DNA from: Candidatus Latescibacterota bacterium
GTDB taxonomy: Bacteria > Latescibacterota > UBA2968 > UBA8231
Direction of reading: 5' to 3'
DNA length: 64,000 bases
NCBI GenBank assembly: GCA_965248265.1
Contig: CBDFJF010000001.1
Span: forward strand, 3,114,794-3,178,793
Position 1 is the first letter of the stretch; each line of letters opens with the position of its first letter. The notes under the pieces were generated by a model. It saw nothing but the letters and a program-made list of their open reading frames with translations, searched no databases and was not told the origin of the DNA. Below are positions 27,217 through 36,770 of the stretch, one piece after another. A program made the position numbers and the translations under genes.

Positions 27217-28381
27217 GGGAAGAATTCCCGTATTCCGGCCTTCATTCGCCGATGCAGAGTTTTCCGCCGTTCACGATGTCCTGTCGAGCGGTTGGGTTGG
27301 CCGAGGCCCGCGCACGATCGAGTTCGAGCAGGCCTTCGCCGAGTACGTCGGCGTCGAGCATGCGGTATCGCTCAATTCGGCTACGGCGGCGTTGCATATC
27401 GCCATGCTGCTGGCGCAAGTTAACGGACAGGAGGTCCTTACACCTTCACTGACTTTCGTCTCCAGCACCCAGGCCATCGTCCTGGGCGGCGGCCGGCCCG
27501 TGTTCTGCGACATCGATCCCGAAACGCTCACTATCGACCCGGAGGAGGTGGCGCGCAAGGTGACGCCGACGACGCGGGCCATCGTCGTCGTCCACTACGG
27601 CGGTCACCCCTGCGATATGGACCCGATCATAGAGGTGGCGCAGACTCACGGTCTGACCGTTGTCGAGGACGCGGCCCATGGCTGTGGCGGATCCTACAAA
27701 GGGCGGATGATCGGCAGTCTGGGCGACATGGGGTGCTTCAGTTTTCAGGCCACAAAGAACCTGACGACCGGCGATGGAGGCATGTTGGTGACCAATGACG
27801 GGGATCTCGCCGAACGAGCTCGCAAACTGCGCTGGGTCGGTATTTCAAGGCCTACGTGGGAACGGTTCCGTTCGGGCGAGCCGAGCCGGTCCTGGATGTA
27901 TGAGGTAGAGGAGGTGGGTTACAAATACGAAATGAATGATCTGGCAGCTGCCATTGGCCTGGCGCAGCTGGGCAGGCTAGAGCGGCTCAACGGCGAGCGC
28001 CGGCGTCTGTTGAATCGTTATCGCGAAGCCTTTGCCGATGCGGAGGGCATGGAGATACTGCCTCAGCGTTCCCATGCCGAAAGCGCCTGCTACAGTGCCG
28101 TGCTCAAGTGCGGCCGCCGAGACGAGCTGTACGCCCATCTAGACCACGAGGGTATCGACTCCAACGTGCACTATTACCCCAACCACATGTTGCCAATTTT
28201 TCGGGCCTACACTACCCGTCTTCCGGAAACGGAGGCGCAGTGGCAGCATATCCTCACCATTCCGCTGCACCCCGATCTGTCAGAGCAAGATCAGGATCGG
28301 GTGATCGATTCAATTCGCCGATTCGCTGCAGAGGAAAACTCGCAGTTGGGCGGTCAGTCGAACTCGGCAGCCAGTGCCTGA
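27209..28381 (+). CDS. DegT/DnrJ/EryC1/StrS sugar aminotransferase
   Basis: NSATAALH, TF.S, VHYGG, VEDAAH, CFSFQATKNLTTGDGG (PLP lysine), GYKY.M.D..AAIG. Confidence 0.92.
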   Translation: MSEGRIPVFRPSFADAEFSAVHDVLSSGWVGRGPRTIEFEQAFAEYVGVEHAVSLNSATAALHIAMLLAQVNGQEVLTPSLTFVSSTQAIVLGGGRPVFCDIDPETLTIDPEEVARKVTPTTRAIVVVHYGGHPCDMDPIIEVAQTHGLTVVEDAAHGCGGSYKGRMIGSLGDMGCFSFQATKNLTTGDGGMLVTNDGDLAERARKLRWVGISRPTWERFRSGEPSRSWMYEVEEVGYKYEMNDLAAAIGLAQLGRLERLNGERRRLLNRYREAFADAEGMEILPQRSHAESACYSAVLKCGRRDELYAHLDHEGIDSNVHYYPNHMLPIFRAYTTRLPETEAQWQHILTIPLHPDLSEQDQDRVIDSIRRFAAEENSQLGGQSNSAASA

Positions 28382-28405
28382 GCTTCCATCAAGATGGAGG
28401 TCTGA

Positions 28406-29554
28406 GTGAGGGTTCTGTTCGTAACGCAGTACGGCATGCTGGCGCCAAGCAGTCGCACCCGCGTCTTCCAGTACCTGCCCTTTCTGCACGAGTGTGGTGT
28501 CGGCACGCGTGTCATCACCGTGCTACCGGACGATGCCATTGCCGGCTCACAGGTCACGGTGACGGAGCGGCCACTCCGCAAGATCAGCTATTACTTGTGG
28601 GCGTCCTGGCGGACATTGCTATGTGGTCTGAGGGCCTGCTGGGTTTGCGGGCGATTCGATCTCCTCCTCATCCAAAAAGTGATTCTGCCCGCTCCAGTGC
28701 GCCTCCTACTTCGCTGGCGCCGCATTCCGGTCATTTTCGATTTTGACGATGCCATATTCACTACCGAGGTGCGCGGGGGAAGGGCGAACTGGCTTGCCCG
28801 CTGGAAGGAACGCCGCAACACCAGGGGCGTGCCAGCCATGCTGGGGCTTGCGCAAAAGGCGATCGTCGAGAACGACTACACCGGCACCTACGCTTCCCGC
28901 TTTTGTCCGGTGGCTAAGATAACAGGGCCGGTCGATACGAGTCTGTTCACGAAAAACGCACGCAACGGGCAGAAAAAGGTGGTCCTGGGTTGGATAGGCA
29001 GTGCCACTTCGGTGCAGTACCTGAAACTCATCGAGGGCCCATTGCGCCGCCTGGCCTGCCAGTATCCGGATGTCGCCGTTCGCGTCATCGGCGCCAATGG
29101 CTGGCACTTGCCCGGGATTGCGGTGGAAACGAAGGACTGGAGGCTGGAGGAAGAGGGTCAGGATCTGGCTGATTTCGACATCGGGTTGATGCCGATAACG
29201 GAAGATCCCTGGACTCTGGGAAAAGGGGGGTACAAGCTGCTGCAGTACATGGCCAGCGCACTACCCGTGGTGGCCAGTCCAGTTGGAATCAACAGTGAGA
29301 TCGTCGAGGAGGGAGAAACTGGATTTCTCGCTCGTTCGGACGGTGAATGGGAAGACCGATTGACCAGGCTCATCGAAGATGCCTCACTGCGCGAACGCAT
29401 GGGATCTCGCGGCAGAGCGGTCGCCGAGAACCGCTACTCGCTCTCCACTCAACAACACCAGCTGATGGATATCCTCACTGAGGTCGCCGAATGGGGGGAG
29501 CACAACTCACAAAGTGCTGCAAAACTGCGGCACCCCGAGGGGCATCCGGCGTGA
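28406..29554 (+). CDS. GT4 glycosyltransferase
   Basis: SSR.RV.QY, IFDFDDAIF, GWIGS, DIGLMP, GKGGYKLLQYMA..LPVVASPVG.N. Confidence 0.88.
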   Translation: MRVLFVTQYGMLAPSSRTRVFQYLPFLHECGVGTRVITVLPDDAIAGSQVTVTERPLRKISYYLWASWRTLLCGLRACWVCGRFDLLLIQKVILPAPVRLLLRWRRIPVIFDFDDAIFTTEVRGGRANWLARWKERRNTRGVPAMLGLAQKAIVENDYTGTYASRFCPVAKITGPVDTSLFTKNARNGQKKVVLGWIGSATSVQYLKLIEGPLRRLACQYPDVAVRVIGANGWHLPGIAVETKDWRLEEEGQDLADFDIGLMPITEDPWTLGKGGYKLLQYMASALPVVASPVGINSEIVEEGETGFLARSDGEWEDRLTRLIEDASLRERMGSRGRAVAENRYSLSTQQHQLMDILTEVAEWGEHNSQSAAKLRHPEGHPA

Positions 29555-29861
29555 CGATTCCGGCTGATTCCTGCCAGGCAGGCGATGAGGTACTCCGTGG
29601 CGGAACCGGGCAGTCTGGCAAAGTGTGCTTATTTCGGGCTGATTTCTTATACTACCTTGGTTGTACCGGCGCCGAAAGGGTCACAAAGCTGGGCCTTTTT
29701 TTCTGGGCCTGTTGTGAACGGCGTCACCTTCGCGCCACTTCCGATGTCGGATTATTGACTACTGGGCAACCGCGCCCAGCCGGTCTTTTAGCGGCTGGGG
29801 TGGTCGGGTGAAGTTATCCATGTGCCTGTCGACTCATTCGTGCAGGCAACTGAGGATATAG

Positions 29862-30827
29862 ATGAAGGTATTGATTACGGGGGGGGCGGGATTCATCGGT
29901 TCCCACCTGGCTGAGCGCCATCTTTCACTGGGTGATCAGGTGGCCATCGTTGACAATTTGTCCACGGGTCAGATAACGAACGTTCAGCACCTGGAAGGCA
30001 ACGAAAATTTTCGGTGCCGCATTGATGATGTACTGAACCTCGAGGTCATGCGCGAGTTGGTAGACTGGTGCGACCTTATCTATCATCTCGCCGCTGCCGT
30101 CGGCGTAGAGTATATCCTCGAAAATCCGCTCCAGACACTCACCACCAACATCCAGGGCACCGAGATCATTCTCGAGCTGGCCAACCAGCAGAAGAAAAAG
30201 GTCGTCGTTGCCTCGACCTCAGAGATCTACGGGAAGAAGAACGGGCACGTACCCTTCCGTGAAGACAGTGACCGCATTCTTGGGCCCACAACCGTGGTCC
30301 GCTGGAGCTACTCCACTTCGAAGGCCGTTGATGAGCTGTTCGCGCTGGCGTACTGGCGCGAAAAAAGATTGCCAACGGTAATCGTACGGCCGTTCAATGT
30401 GGTGGGACCGCGCCAAACCGGGCACTACGGCATGGTGGTGCCGCGCTTCATCAAGCAGGCCATGTTGGGCGAGCCCATCACGGTGTATGACAGCGGTGAG
30501 CAGTCTCGTTGCTGGACCTACATCGATGATGCCATCGACGGCTTTGTCGCACTGGCCCTCAGTGACGGTGCAGTGGGTGAGATTTTCAACATCGGTTCGA
30601 ATTTTGAGAGTTCGATCAAGGACCTGGCTTACAAGATCAAAGAGTTGACCGGCAGTCGCTCTGAGGTGGCCTTCACGCCCTACGAACAGACCCGCCGCAA
30701 CGGCTTGTACGAGGACCTGATCTATCGCGCTCCCGATCTGGAGAAGATCCGCAATCTGGTGGGCTACGATCCGAAGGTGAATCTGGACGAGGCGCTGACT
30801 CGAATCATCGAGGACTACAAGCGCTAA
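29862..30827 (+). CDS. NAD-dependent nucleotide-sugar epimerase/dehydratase (extended SDR)
   Basis: TGGAGFIGSH, HLAAAVG, ASTSEIYG, YSTSK, RPFNVVGPRQ. Confidence 0.92.
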   Translation: MKVLITGGAGFIGSHLAERHLSLGDQVAIVDNLSTGQITNVQHLEGNENFRCRIDDVLNLEVMRELVDWCDLIYHLAAAVGVEYILENPLQTLTTNIQGTEIILELANQQKKKVVVASTSEIYGKKNGHVPFREDSDRILGPTTVVRWSYSTSKAVDELFALAYWREKRLPTVIVRPFNVVGPRQTGHYGMVVPRFIKQAMLGEPITVYDSGEQSRCWTYIDDAIDGFVALALSDGAVGEIFNIGSNFESSIKDLAYKIKELTGSRSEVAFTPYEQTRRNGLYEDLIYRAPDLEKIRNLVGYDPKVNLDEALTRIIEDYKR

Positions 30828-30866
30828 GGCCTCGAGAGCACGAGCCGTTCCCGAATCAATCTCTTC

Positions 30867-31364
30867 CTACAGGATTTTCTTCAGCAGGCGTGGGGTCACG
30901 AACCACTCTAGCTGGCCGCAGCCATCGACGACATCTGCCCAGCGGCCAATGTCCAGCTGAACACAGGCCAGTGCCGCTGTCGGAAATCGCAACGCACAGC
31001 CGCTCAAATCCGCCAGCCAGTTCTCCATCCCGGGATTGTGGGCGACGACCAAACCCGATTCGCAACCCTCATCGGCGGAACGGACTACCTGTGAAAGCGT
31101 CGAAGAGTCAGCCAGGTACAGACGTTCGTCGAAACCGAGTGCTACTTCGAGCTGGCCTGCTTCTATGACGAGTTCAGCAGTCTGCCGGGCGCGGCTGGCC
31201 GGAGAGCTCAAGACGAAATCTGCCAGACCACCATCGGAGCCCAAAAGGGCGGCCATGCGTGGCCCATCGGACTGCCCGCGTTTGTTCAGCGGTCGGTCGA
31301 AATCAGATTGGGCGGAATTGGACCAGTCCGACTTGGCGTGACGCATCAAGAACAGGGTTTTCAT
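30867..31364 (-). CDS. sixA: Histidine phosphatase, SixA family
   Basis: LMRHAKSDW, DFDRPLNKRG, SSPA.RA.QT, VAHNPG, FPTA. Confidence 0.85.
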   Translation of the reverse strand: MKTLFLMRHAKSDWSNSAQSDFDRPLNKRGQSDGPRMAALLGSDGGLADFVLSSPASRARQTAELVIEAGQLEVALGFDERLYLADSSTLSQVVRSADEGCESGLVVAHNPGMENWLADLSGCALRFPTAALACVQLDIGRWADVVDGCGQLEWFVTPRLLKKIL

Positions 31365-31525
31365 TCACTACACTCCTCGGTCGCCCGGCCCAAGCGGGAT
31401 TCTGTTGCCCTCGCCACTACGGCATCGTTATCTTTGCGTGGTCGTTGGGATGTATAGAGAGGGCACGGGTTCGCGGACAAGGTAGCGAACTATCGCCATC
31501 CATCAACAGCAAACGCGGACCGCCA

Positions 31526-32593
31526 ATGTCAGATCCTCTAGAGATCAACCTCGATATTCAGCCGAACTCGCGGTTCGAACTCATCGATATCGCCGCGCGC
31601 ATTCGTGAGGATGCCGGGGATTGCCTGGGCGAGTACCGCAGGGCGCTCTACTGCTCCCTGCACACGACCGCCGGGTACCTGGAACAGGGTGCATGCGCGC
31701 GCCTCGGGCACAGCCGCAAGCAGCTCGATCCGTTCTTCAGACTTTTCCAACGACTTTTTCCGCAGAACGCCGGCTACTCACACGACCGCATCCAGCTGCG
31801 AGACGAGCTCACTGAAACCCAGAAGCAGAATGAGCCGATCAATGCGGATTCGCATCTGACGTTCATCGGTGCCGGATTGAAGAATTGCGTCACCTACCTT
31901 CACAAGCCGGACCAACCCGTCTACTTCGTAGAACTCGACGGTTTGAACGAGAAGATCCCCAGGAAGCGTCACACCACCGTATTGGGCTACGACAAAGAAG
32001 CCATCACCTACCGTGGGCGCATAGAGATCCCGGTGTCGTCGTCACACGCTATCGATTCCTACAACCTCAAGGATCCTCGCTTTGGTGTATTTGAACAGCT
32101 AGAGGAGCTGTTAGACCGTTATGGGGTAGACAAGGGCCGCTTCGATATCCGGCTCGCACCGGAGGAGAGTGATGCTGGTTTGACGGTTAACGAGTACGAA
32201 ACACTGCTGGTGCGCAATGATCTACCGGAAGTGTTGCGGGACCCGCTTCGCTACATGGTCAAGCGGGGTCGCAAACTTCTGCGTGACCCGGCCTCCATTC
32301 CAGAGAAGACGAGAGACTACGCGACGTACGACCTCATCCACCTGTACAACGAATTCGTCAGCAGCTTGCCCTTCGGCCGAGCCATCGTTGACCGTATCAT
32401 GTCCGCGCTCTCCACGCCCGCGTACCGCATGCTACGGTTGAAGCGTCACGTCAGCCTGCTGGTGTCGACGAGTTCGGAGACCGGACCCGACCGCATCGTG
32501 CAGGGGACCTACCAGACACCGATCCTGGTTCAGCACCATCGGCCCGACCGAGGTGTCCGTTCCCTCATCATCACGCTGCGTCGATTCGAATAA
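31526..32593 (+). CDS. Hypothetical protein with two YjbQ/UPF0047-like repeats
   Basis: HTTAG, P....YSHD, NADSHL and FVELDG..R in the first half. AGLTVNE..DL and GTYQ in the second half. Confidence 0.65.
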   Translation: MSDPLEINLDIQPNSRFELIDIAARIREDAGDCLGEYRRALYCSLHTTAGYLEQGACARLGHSRKQLDPFFRLFQRLFPQNAGYSHDRIQLRDELTETQKQNEPINADSHLTFIGAGLKNCVTYLHKPDQPVYFVELDGLNEKIPRKRHTTVLGYDKEAITYRGRIEIPVSSSHAIDSYNLKDPRFGVFEQLEELLDRYGVDKGRFDIRLAPEESDAGLTVNEYETLLVRNDLPEVLRDPLRYMVKRGRKLLRDPASIPEKTRDYATYDLIHLYNEFVSSLPFGRAIVDRIMSALSTPAYRMLRLKRHVSLLVSTSSETGPDRIVQGTYQTPILVQHHRPDRGVRSLIITLRRFE

Positions 32594-32617
32594 AGCACCC
32601 CACCACACTGTAGGCTG

Positions 32618-33967
32618 ATGCACGTAGACCCTTCCATTTTCAAGGCCTACGATATTCGCGGCATCTTTCCGGACCCGTTGAGCGTCGAGGTTGCCGAGGC
32701 TGTCGGCCGGGCTTTCGCCACGCTGCTTCAACCGGCCGAAGTCGTCGTCGGTCACGACATGCGCCTGTCCAGCCCCGATGTCTTCGCAGCGGCCGTCGCC
32801 GGACTGGTTACGCAGGGAGTCGATGTCATCGACATCGGCATGGTCAGCACAGATCAGTACTACTATTCCTGCGCCGTCCTCGAGCGGTCGGGAATGATGG
32901 TGACGGCCTCTCACAACCCTCCCGAGTACAACGGGTTCAAGATGGTCCGGCGCATGCCATTTGTGTTGAGCGCCGAGGATGGCATTCAGGAGTTGCGTGC
33001 CATCGTCGAAGAGGATGCCTTCGCAGAACCATCGGCGTCGAGGGGCGAGGTCAGGCAGCGCGACATGAGCGCTGACTTCGTCGACTACGTTCTGGGCCTG
33101 ATCGAGCCAACTGAGCTGAGACCACTGCGGGTCGTGGCTGATACGGCCAATGGCATGGTGGGACCCATTCTGAGCCGTGTTTACGACCGACTGCCGGTCG
33201 AGTTGATCGGTATGTACCTGGATCCGGACGGCTCTCTGCCCAATCACGGTCTCGATCCGATGCAAGAGGAAAACCGCCGCGACCTTCAGCACCGTGTCGT
33301 GGTCGAAAAGGCCGACGTCGGTTTCGCGTTTGATGGGGATGGCGATCGCTTCTTCGTCATCGACGACCGTGGCCAGTTTGTGCCGGGCGACTTTCTCACC
33401 GCACTGCTGGCCTGTTACCTGCTCGAGCGAGAGCCAGGAGGCAAGATTGTCTACGACGTGCGCTGCTCCTGGGCCGTGCCTGAAATGGTGTCGGCAGCTG
33501 GTGGAGATGCCCTGGTCGAACGAGTAGGCCATGCCTTCATAAAACCAAAGATGTTCGAAGAGAAGGCCATTTTCGCTGGAGAGCTCAGCGGGCATTACTA
33601 CCTGCGTGATTTCTTCGGAGCCGATTCGGGCATCGTGCCGTCACTCTTCATGCTCGAGATGCTTTCCAGGCGCGGTCAGAAGTTGTCCCAATTGCTGGCC
33701 CCGATCGAGCAGGCCCATTTCATCTCATGGGAGATCAACTCGCGCGTGGACGATCCCCAGGGCAAGATTCGCACGCTTGAACAGCGTTACGCCGATGGTG
33801 AGATCTCCCGTATCGACGGAATCTCAGTCAGTTATCCCGACTGGCATTTCAACGTGCGATCGTCCAACACCGAACCCCTGTTGCGTCTGAACCTGGAAGG
33901 CCGGACCAGAGAACTGATGGAAGTGAAGCGGGACGAGATTCTGGCGATCATCAGAGATGAGGCCTGA
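32618..33967 (+). CDS. manB: Phosphomannomutase/phosphoglucomutase
   Basis: IFKAYDIRG, TASHNP, FDGDGDR, GELSGH, RSSNTEP.LRLNLE. Confidence 0.92.
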   Translation: MHVDPSIFKAYDIRGIFPDPLSVEVAEAVGRAFATLLQPAEVVVGHDMRLSSPDVFAAAVAGLVTQGVDVIDIGMVSTDQYYYSCAVLERSGMMVTASHNPPEYNGFKMVRRMPFVLSAEDGIQELRAIVEEDAFAEPSASRGEVRQRDMSADFVDYVLGLIEPTELRPLRVVADTANGMVGPILSRVYDRLPVELIGMYLDPDGSLPNHGLDPMQEENRRDLQHRVVVEKADVGFAFDGDGDRFFVIDDRGQFVPGDFLTALLACYLLEREPGGKIVYDVRCSWAVPEMVSAAGGDALVERVGHAFIKPKMFEEKAIFAGELSGHYYLRDFFGADSGIVPSLFMLEMLSRRGQKLSQLLAPIEQAHFISWEINSRVDDPQGKIRTLEQRYADGEISRIDGISVSYPDWHFNVRSSNTEPLLRLNLEGRTRELMEVKRDEILAIIRDEA

Positions 33968-33991
33968 TCAGACAGGCGATATCCCACTTTC

Positions 33992-35218
33992 TTGAAACTC
34001 CTTAGAGATTTTTCGAGCAACGCGGTTTGCACCGGCCTGGCGTTCGCCCTCGGATTCGTCAACCAGGCCTTGCTGTTCCGCGAGCTCGGACCGGCCTTAC
34101 GGGGCCGACTGGGAATCATCACGACGGCAGTGATGATCGGATCGCTGGTTCTGGGTGAGTGGCTGAGCCGCGGCAACACCTACGTCACCGGCAAGCAGGG
34201 CCGAGCGGCAGACGTCATGGCCAGTTCCTTCGTCTACACCGCTTGCGTGGCTGTGCTGGTGGCCATTCTGGCGTTGGCCGCGGGTGCGATGCAGCCGTTC
34301 GATCGGCTGAGCGGAACAGACTACCTGTTCATGGCCCTGCTGCTGGCGGCCATCATCGCTCAGCGGGCGGTGCAAGCGGTGCTGCTCGGGCAGGACCGAC
34401 AACTGCGCTACGCCGCCATACCCCTGATACTGGTGGCCCTGTACCTATCCGGCAATGCCGTGGCCCTGCTGATATATCGTTCCGGTCTCGGAGGGGTCTT
34501 GATTGCCTGGTCGACGGCCGCTTGCCTGGCCACCCTGGCGGCTGTGCTGATGGTTGGCCGCATCACACTTGGCAGGCCGAGCTCTGCTCTACTGCGCGCG
34601 ACGGCGAGAGTCGGGGGCCGTGGCGCGTTGTCAGCGACGATCATATACCTCCTGTTTCGCAGCGACGTATTTTTGGTCGGTCACTTCCTTGGCGAAGAGC
34701 AGGTGGGCGTCTACTTCGCCTGTGTCGTCATCGCAGAAATGATACAACGGATCCCGAATCTGGCCGGCGTGGTGCTGTTGCCGAAGGTGCAGGCGGGCGC
34801 CGATGATGATCACGCGATCACTCTGATCGTGGCCAGACGGGTGCTGGCTGGATTCGTCCCGATCGCCGTTGTCGTCGTGGTCGCGGGCAGAAGCTTGATC
34901 GAAGTCCTGGGGGGACCCGAATACGCCGGGGCGTTCACCCCACTGCTGTTGATGTTGCCGGGGTTGATGGCGACCGGTTTCGGCTCCGTACTCAACACCA
35001 AGCTGGCGGGAGAGGGCTACCCACCTCTGACGATTTGGGCCGCCGCCGCGGCGCTGTTTACGAACGTGCTGCTCAATCTGGTGCTGATCCCAACGTGGGC
35101 ACTGGAGGGTGCTGCCATTTCCACGTCGGTTGCGTACATTCTGTGGGCTGTAATCGTAACCACTGGATTCCGGCGCCGAACCGGCATTGCCTGGGGACAG
35201 TTCCTCACCGGGAAATGA
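33992..35218 (+). CDS. Wzx-like oligosaccharide flippase
   Basis: R.LGP..RG, R.D..LV..FLG...VGVY, N..LN..LIP.W.LEGAAI.T (polysaccharide biosynthesis C-terminal motif), about 12 TM helices. Confidence 0.85.
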   Translation: MKLLRDFSSNAVCTGLAFALGFVNQALLFRELGPALRGRLGIITTAVMIGSLVLGEWLSRGNTYVTGKQGRAADVMASSFVYTACVAVLVAILALAAGAMQPFDRLSGTDYLFMALLLAAIIAQRAVQAVLLGQDRQLRYAAIPLILVALYLSGNAVALLIYRSGLGGVLIAWSTAACLATLAAVLMVGRITLGRPSSALLRATARVGGRGALSATIIYLLFRSDVFLVGHFLGEEQVGVYFACVVIAEMIQRIPNLAGVVLLPKVQAGADDDHAITLIVARRVLAGFVPIAVVVVVAGRSLIEVLGGPEYAGAFTPLLLMLPGLMATGFGSVLNTKLAGEGYPPLTIWAAAAALFTNVLLNLVLIPTWALEGAAISTSVAYILWAVIVTTGFRRRTGIAWGQFLTGK

Positions 35219-35296
35219 GGAGCGGCGACTCGTACTCGGTACACCGAGTCGAGGATTCCCACCTGCCTGTGTTGCTACCCTATTCGCGAGGTCTGC

Positions 35297-36757
35297 ATGA
35301 CTGAGGCTCGATCATCCATGCCCCAACATTCCGGCACCGGATGGTTTGGCTTGTTCCTGCTTGCCCAGGTTCTGTTGTTGGTCGGTGTCTTGTGGTTGCC
35401 CGGTGAGGCAACGATCTGGATTCTGGGCGCAGTACTGGGGCTTTCCTATCTCGTGCTGCTGGTAATGCACCCGTGGACGATCGTTCCACTGATCGTGGCC
35501 ACGACCGCCCTCGACATCACCGGCAGACTGGTCAAGGAAACCCCAATCGGCATTCCACTGACCGGATTTCACGTGACGCTCGGGCTGATGGCCCTGTCCG
35601 TGTTCGTCAATGCATGCTTGCGGAAGCGGAGGGAATTCCCGGCTTTTGAACTCAGGGTGCCGTTGGCCATCCTGTTCGGGGTCATGGCGCTGTCATTGAC
35701 CTGGACGCCAAACATCGTCAGCGGCACCGTCGGCGTGATGCGGACCCTCTTCCTGATCGGTTTCCTCTACCTGACGCAAATAGTCATCGATTCAAAGAAA
35801 GCCGTGGATTCGGTTGTGATCTCCATCGCCCTGGCACTGGTTGGCGGGTCCATCCTCGCCCTGGTGCAGATCGTCACCGAGGAGTTCTATCTGCCAGCCA
35901 GCTTCGTCATCGCGGTTGGGGCCAACGTGCCGCGGGCGGCCGGGACGTTCCACAACCCGAACACCTTCGGAACCTTTCTGATGTGTGGGACCGTCCTCCT
36001 GGCCGGCGTGCTGTTGAGTTGCCGGCTGCCCCGCTGGAAACTGGCGCTGTTGTTGCTCGGAGTGGCGCTGGGGCTGACCGGGCTGACGGTGACCTTCAGT
36101 CGTGCCAACTGGGTCGCGGCAGCTATCGGCATTGGTGCCATCTTCGTCCTAATCGGGAAGGTTCGCTATGTCGTCTACGCCATCCTGGGTGGCGTCGTTG
36201 CAGTCCTGGCCATGAAGGAGTTCGTGCCCTTCGCCGACCACATCTTCGAGCGCTTCGCCTCCATCTTCACTTTGTTTGAGCAATTCGGTCAAACGGGCAG
36301 AGAGTCCAGTTCCGGCAGGGTGTACTTCGCCCTCGCCGGTCTCGAAATGTTTTTGGACAATCCTCTGTTCGGGGCGGGATGGCGTGCCTTTCCCATGCTC
36401 TTCGATCAGTACAAGGCTCCCGAGTTTCCCTATTGGATTCCGACCAAGGAGTCGCATACCCTGTTCGCGAACATCCTGGCAGAGGTGGGACTGGTCGGTT
36501 TCACGGCTTCCTGCTGGATCGTCGCCAAAACCATGATGGCCGGTTTTCGTGGCTTCCGCACGATCACGGATCGCTACCTGCGTGCCGTGATGTGCGGCCT
36601 TCTGGCATCCTTCGTCGGCTTTCAGGTCAGCCTGAGCTTCACCGCCGATTTCAGCAACAACTATTTGTGGTTTTTCACCGGGCTGATTTTCGCCATCAAC
36701 GCCATCCATCGTGCCACTGAGATGGACAGCGAGGAACCGCGCGCAGCAACGAGCTAG
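35297..36757 (+). CDS. O-antigen ligase / Wzy polymerase family protein
   Basis: RAAGTFHNPN.FG, TFSRA.W, S..GR, NPLFGAG, H..F..ILAE.G.VG. Confidence 0.85.
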   Translation: MTEARSSMPQHSGTGWFGLFLLAQVLLLVGVLWLPGEATIWILGAVLGLSYLVLLVMHPWTIVPLIVATTALDITGRLVKETPIGIPLTGFHVTLGLMALSVFVNACLRKRREFPAFELRVPLAILFGVMALSLTWTPNIVSGTVGVMRTLFLIGFLYLTQIVIDSKKAVDSVVISIALALVGGSILALVQIVTEEFYLPASFVIAVGANVPRAAGTFHNPNTFGTFLMCGTVLLAGVLLSCRLPRWKLALLLLGVALGLTGLTVTFSRANWVAAAIGIGAIFVLIGKVRYVVYAILGGVVAVLAMKEFVPFADHIFERFASIFTLFEQFGQTGRESSSGRVYFALAGLEMFLDNPLFGAGWRAFPMLFDQYKAPEFPYWIPTKESHTLFANILAEVGLVGFTASCWIVAKTMMAGFRGFRTITDRYLRAVMCGLLASFVGFQVSLSFTADFSNNYLWFFTGLIFAINAIHRATEMDSEEPRAATS

Positions 36758-36770
36758 ATCCCTGATCGCC

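Noticed and set aside
29660-29700. Resemblance to a c-di-GMP-I riboswitch (GAAA...GGGTCACAAAGC...GGCCT)
   Set aside because: The stem under the GAAA loop and the 5' GGxAAAC element are missing, and an alternative long hairpin explains the pairing better.
29491-29811. 106-aa ORF in the intergenic gap
   Set aside because: It overlaps the upstream gene, has no motifs or clear SD, and spans a probable promoter/leader.
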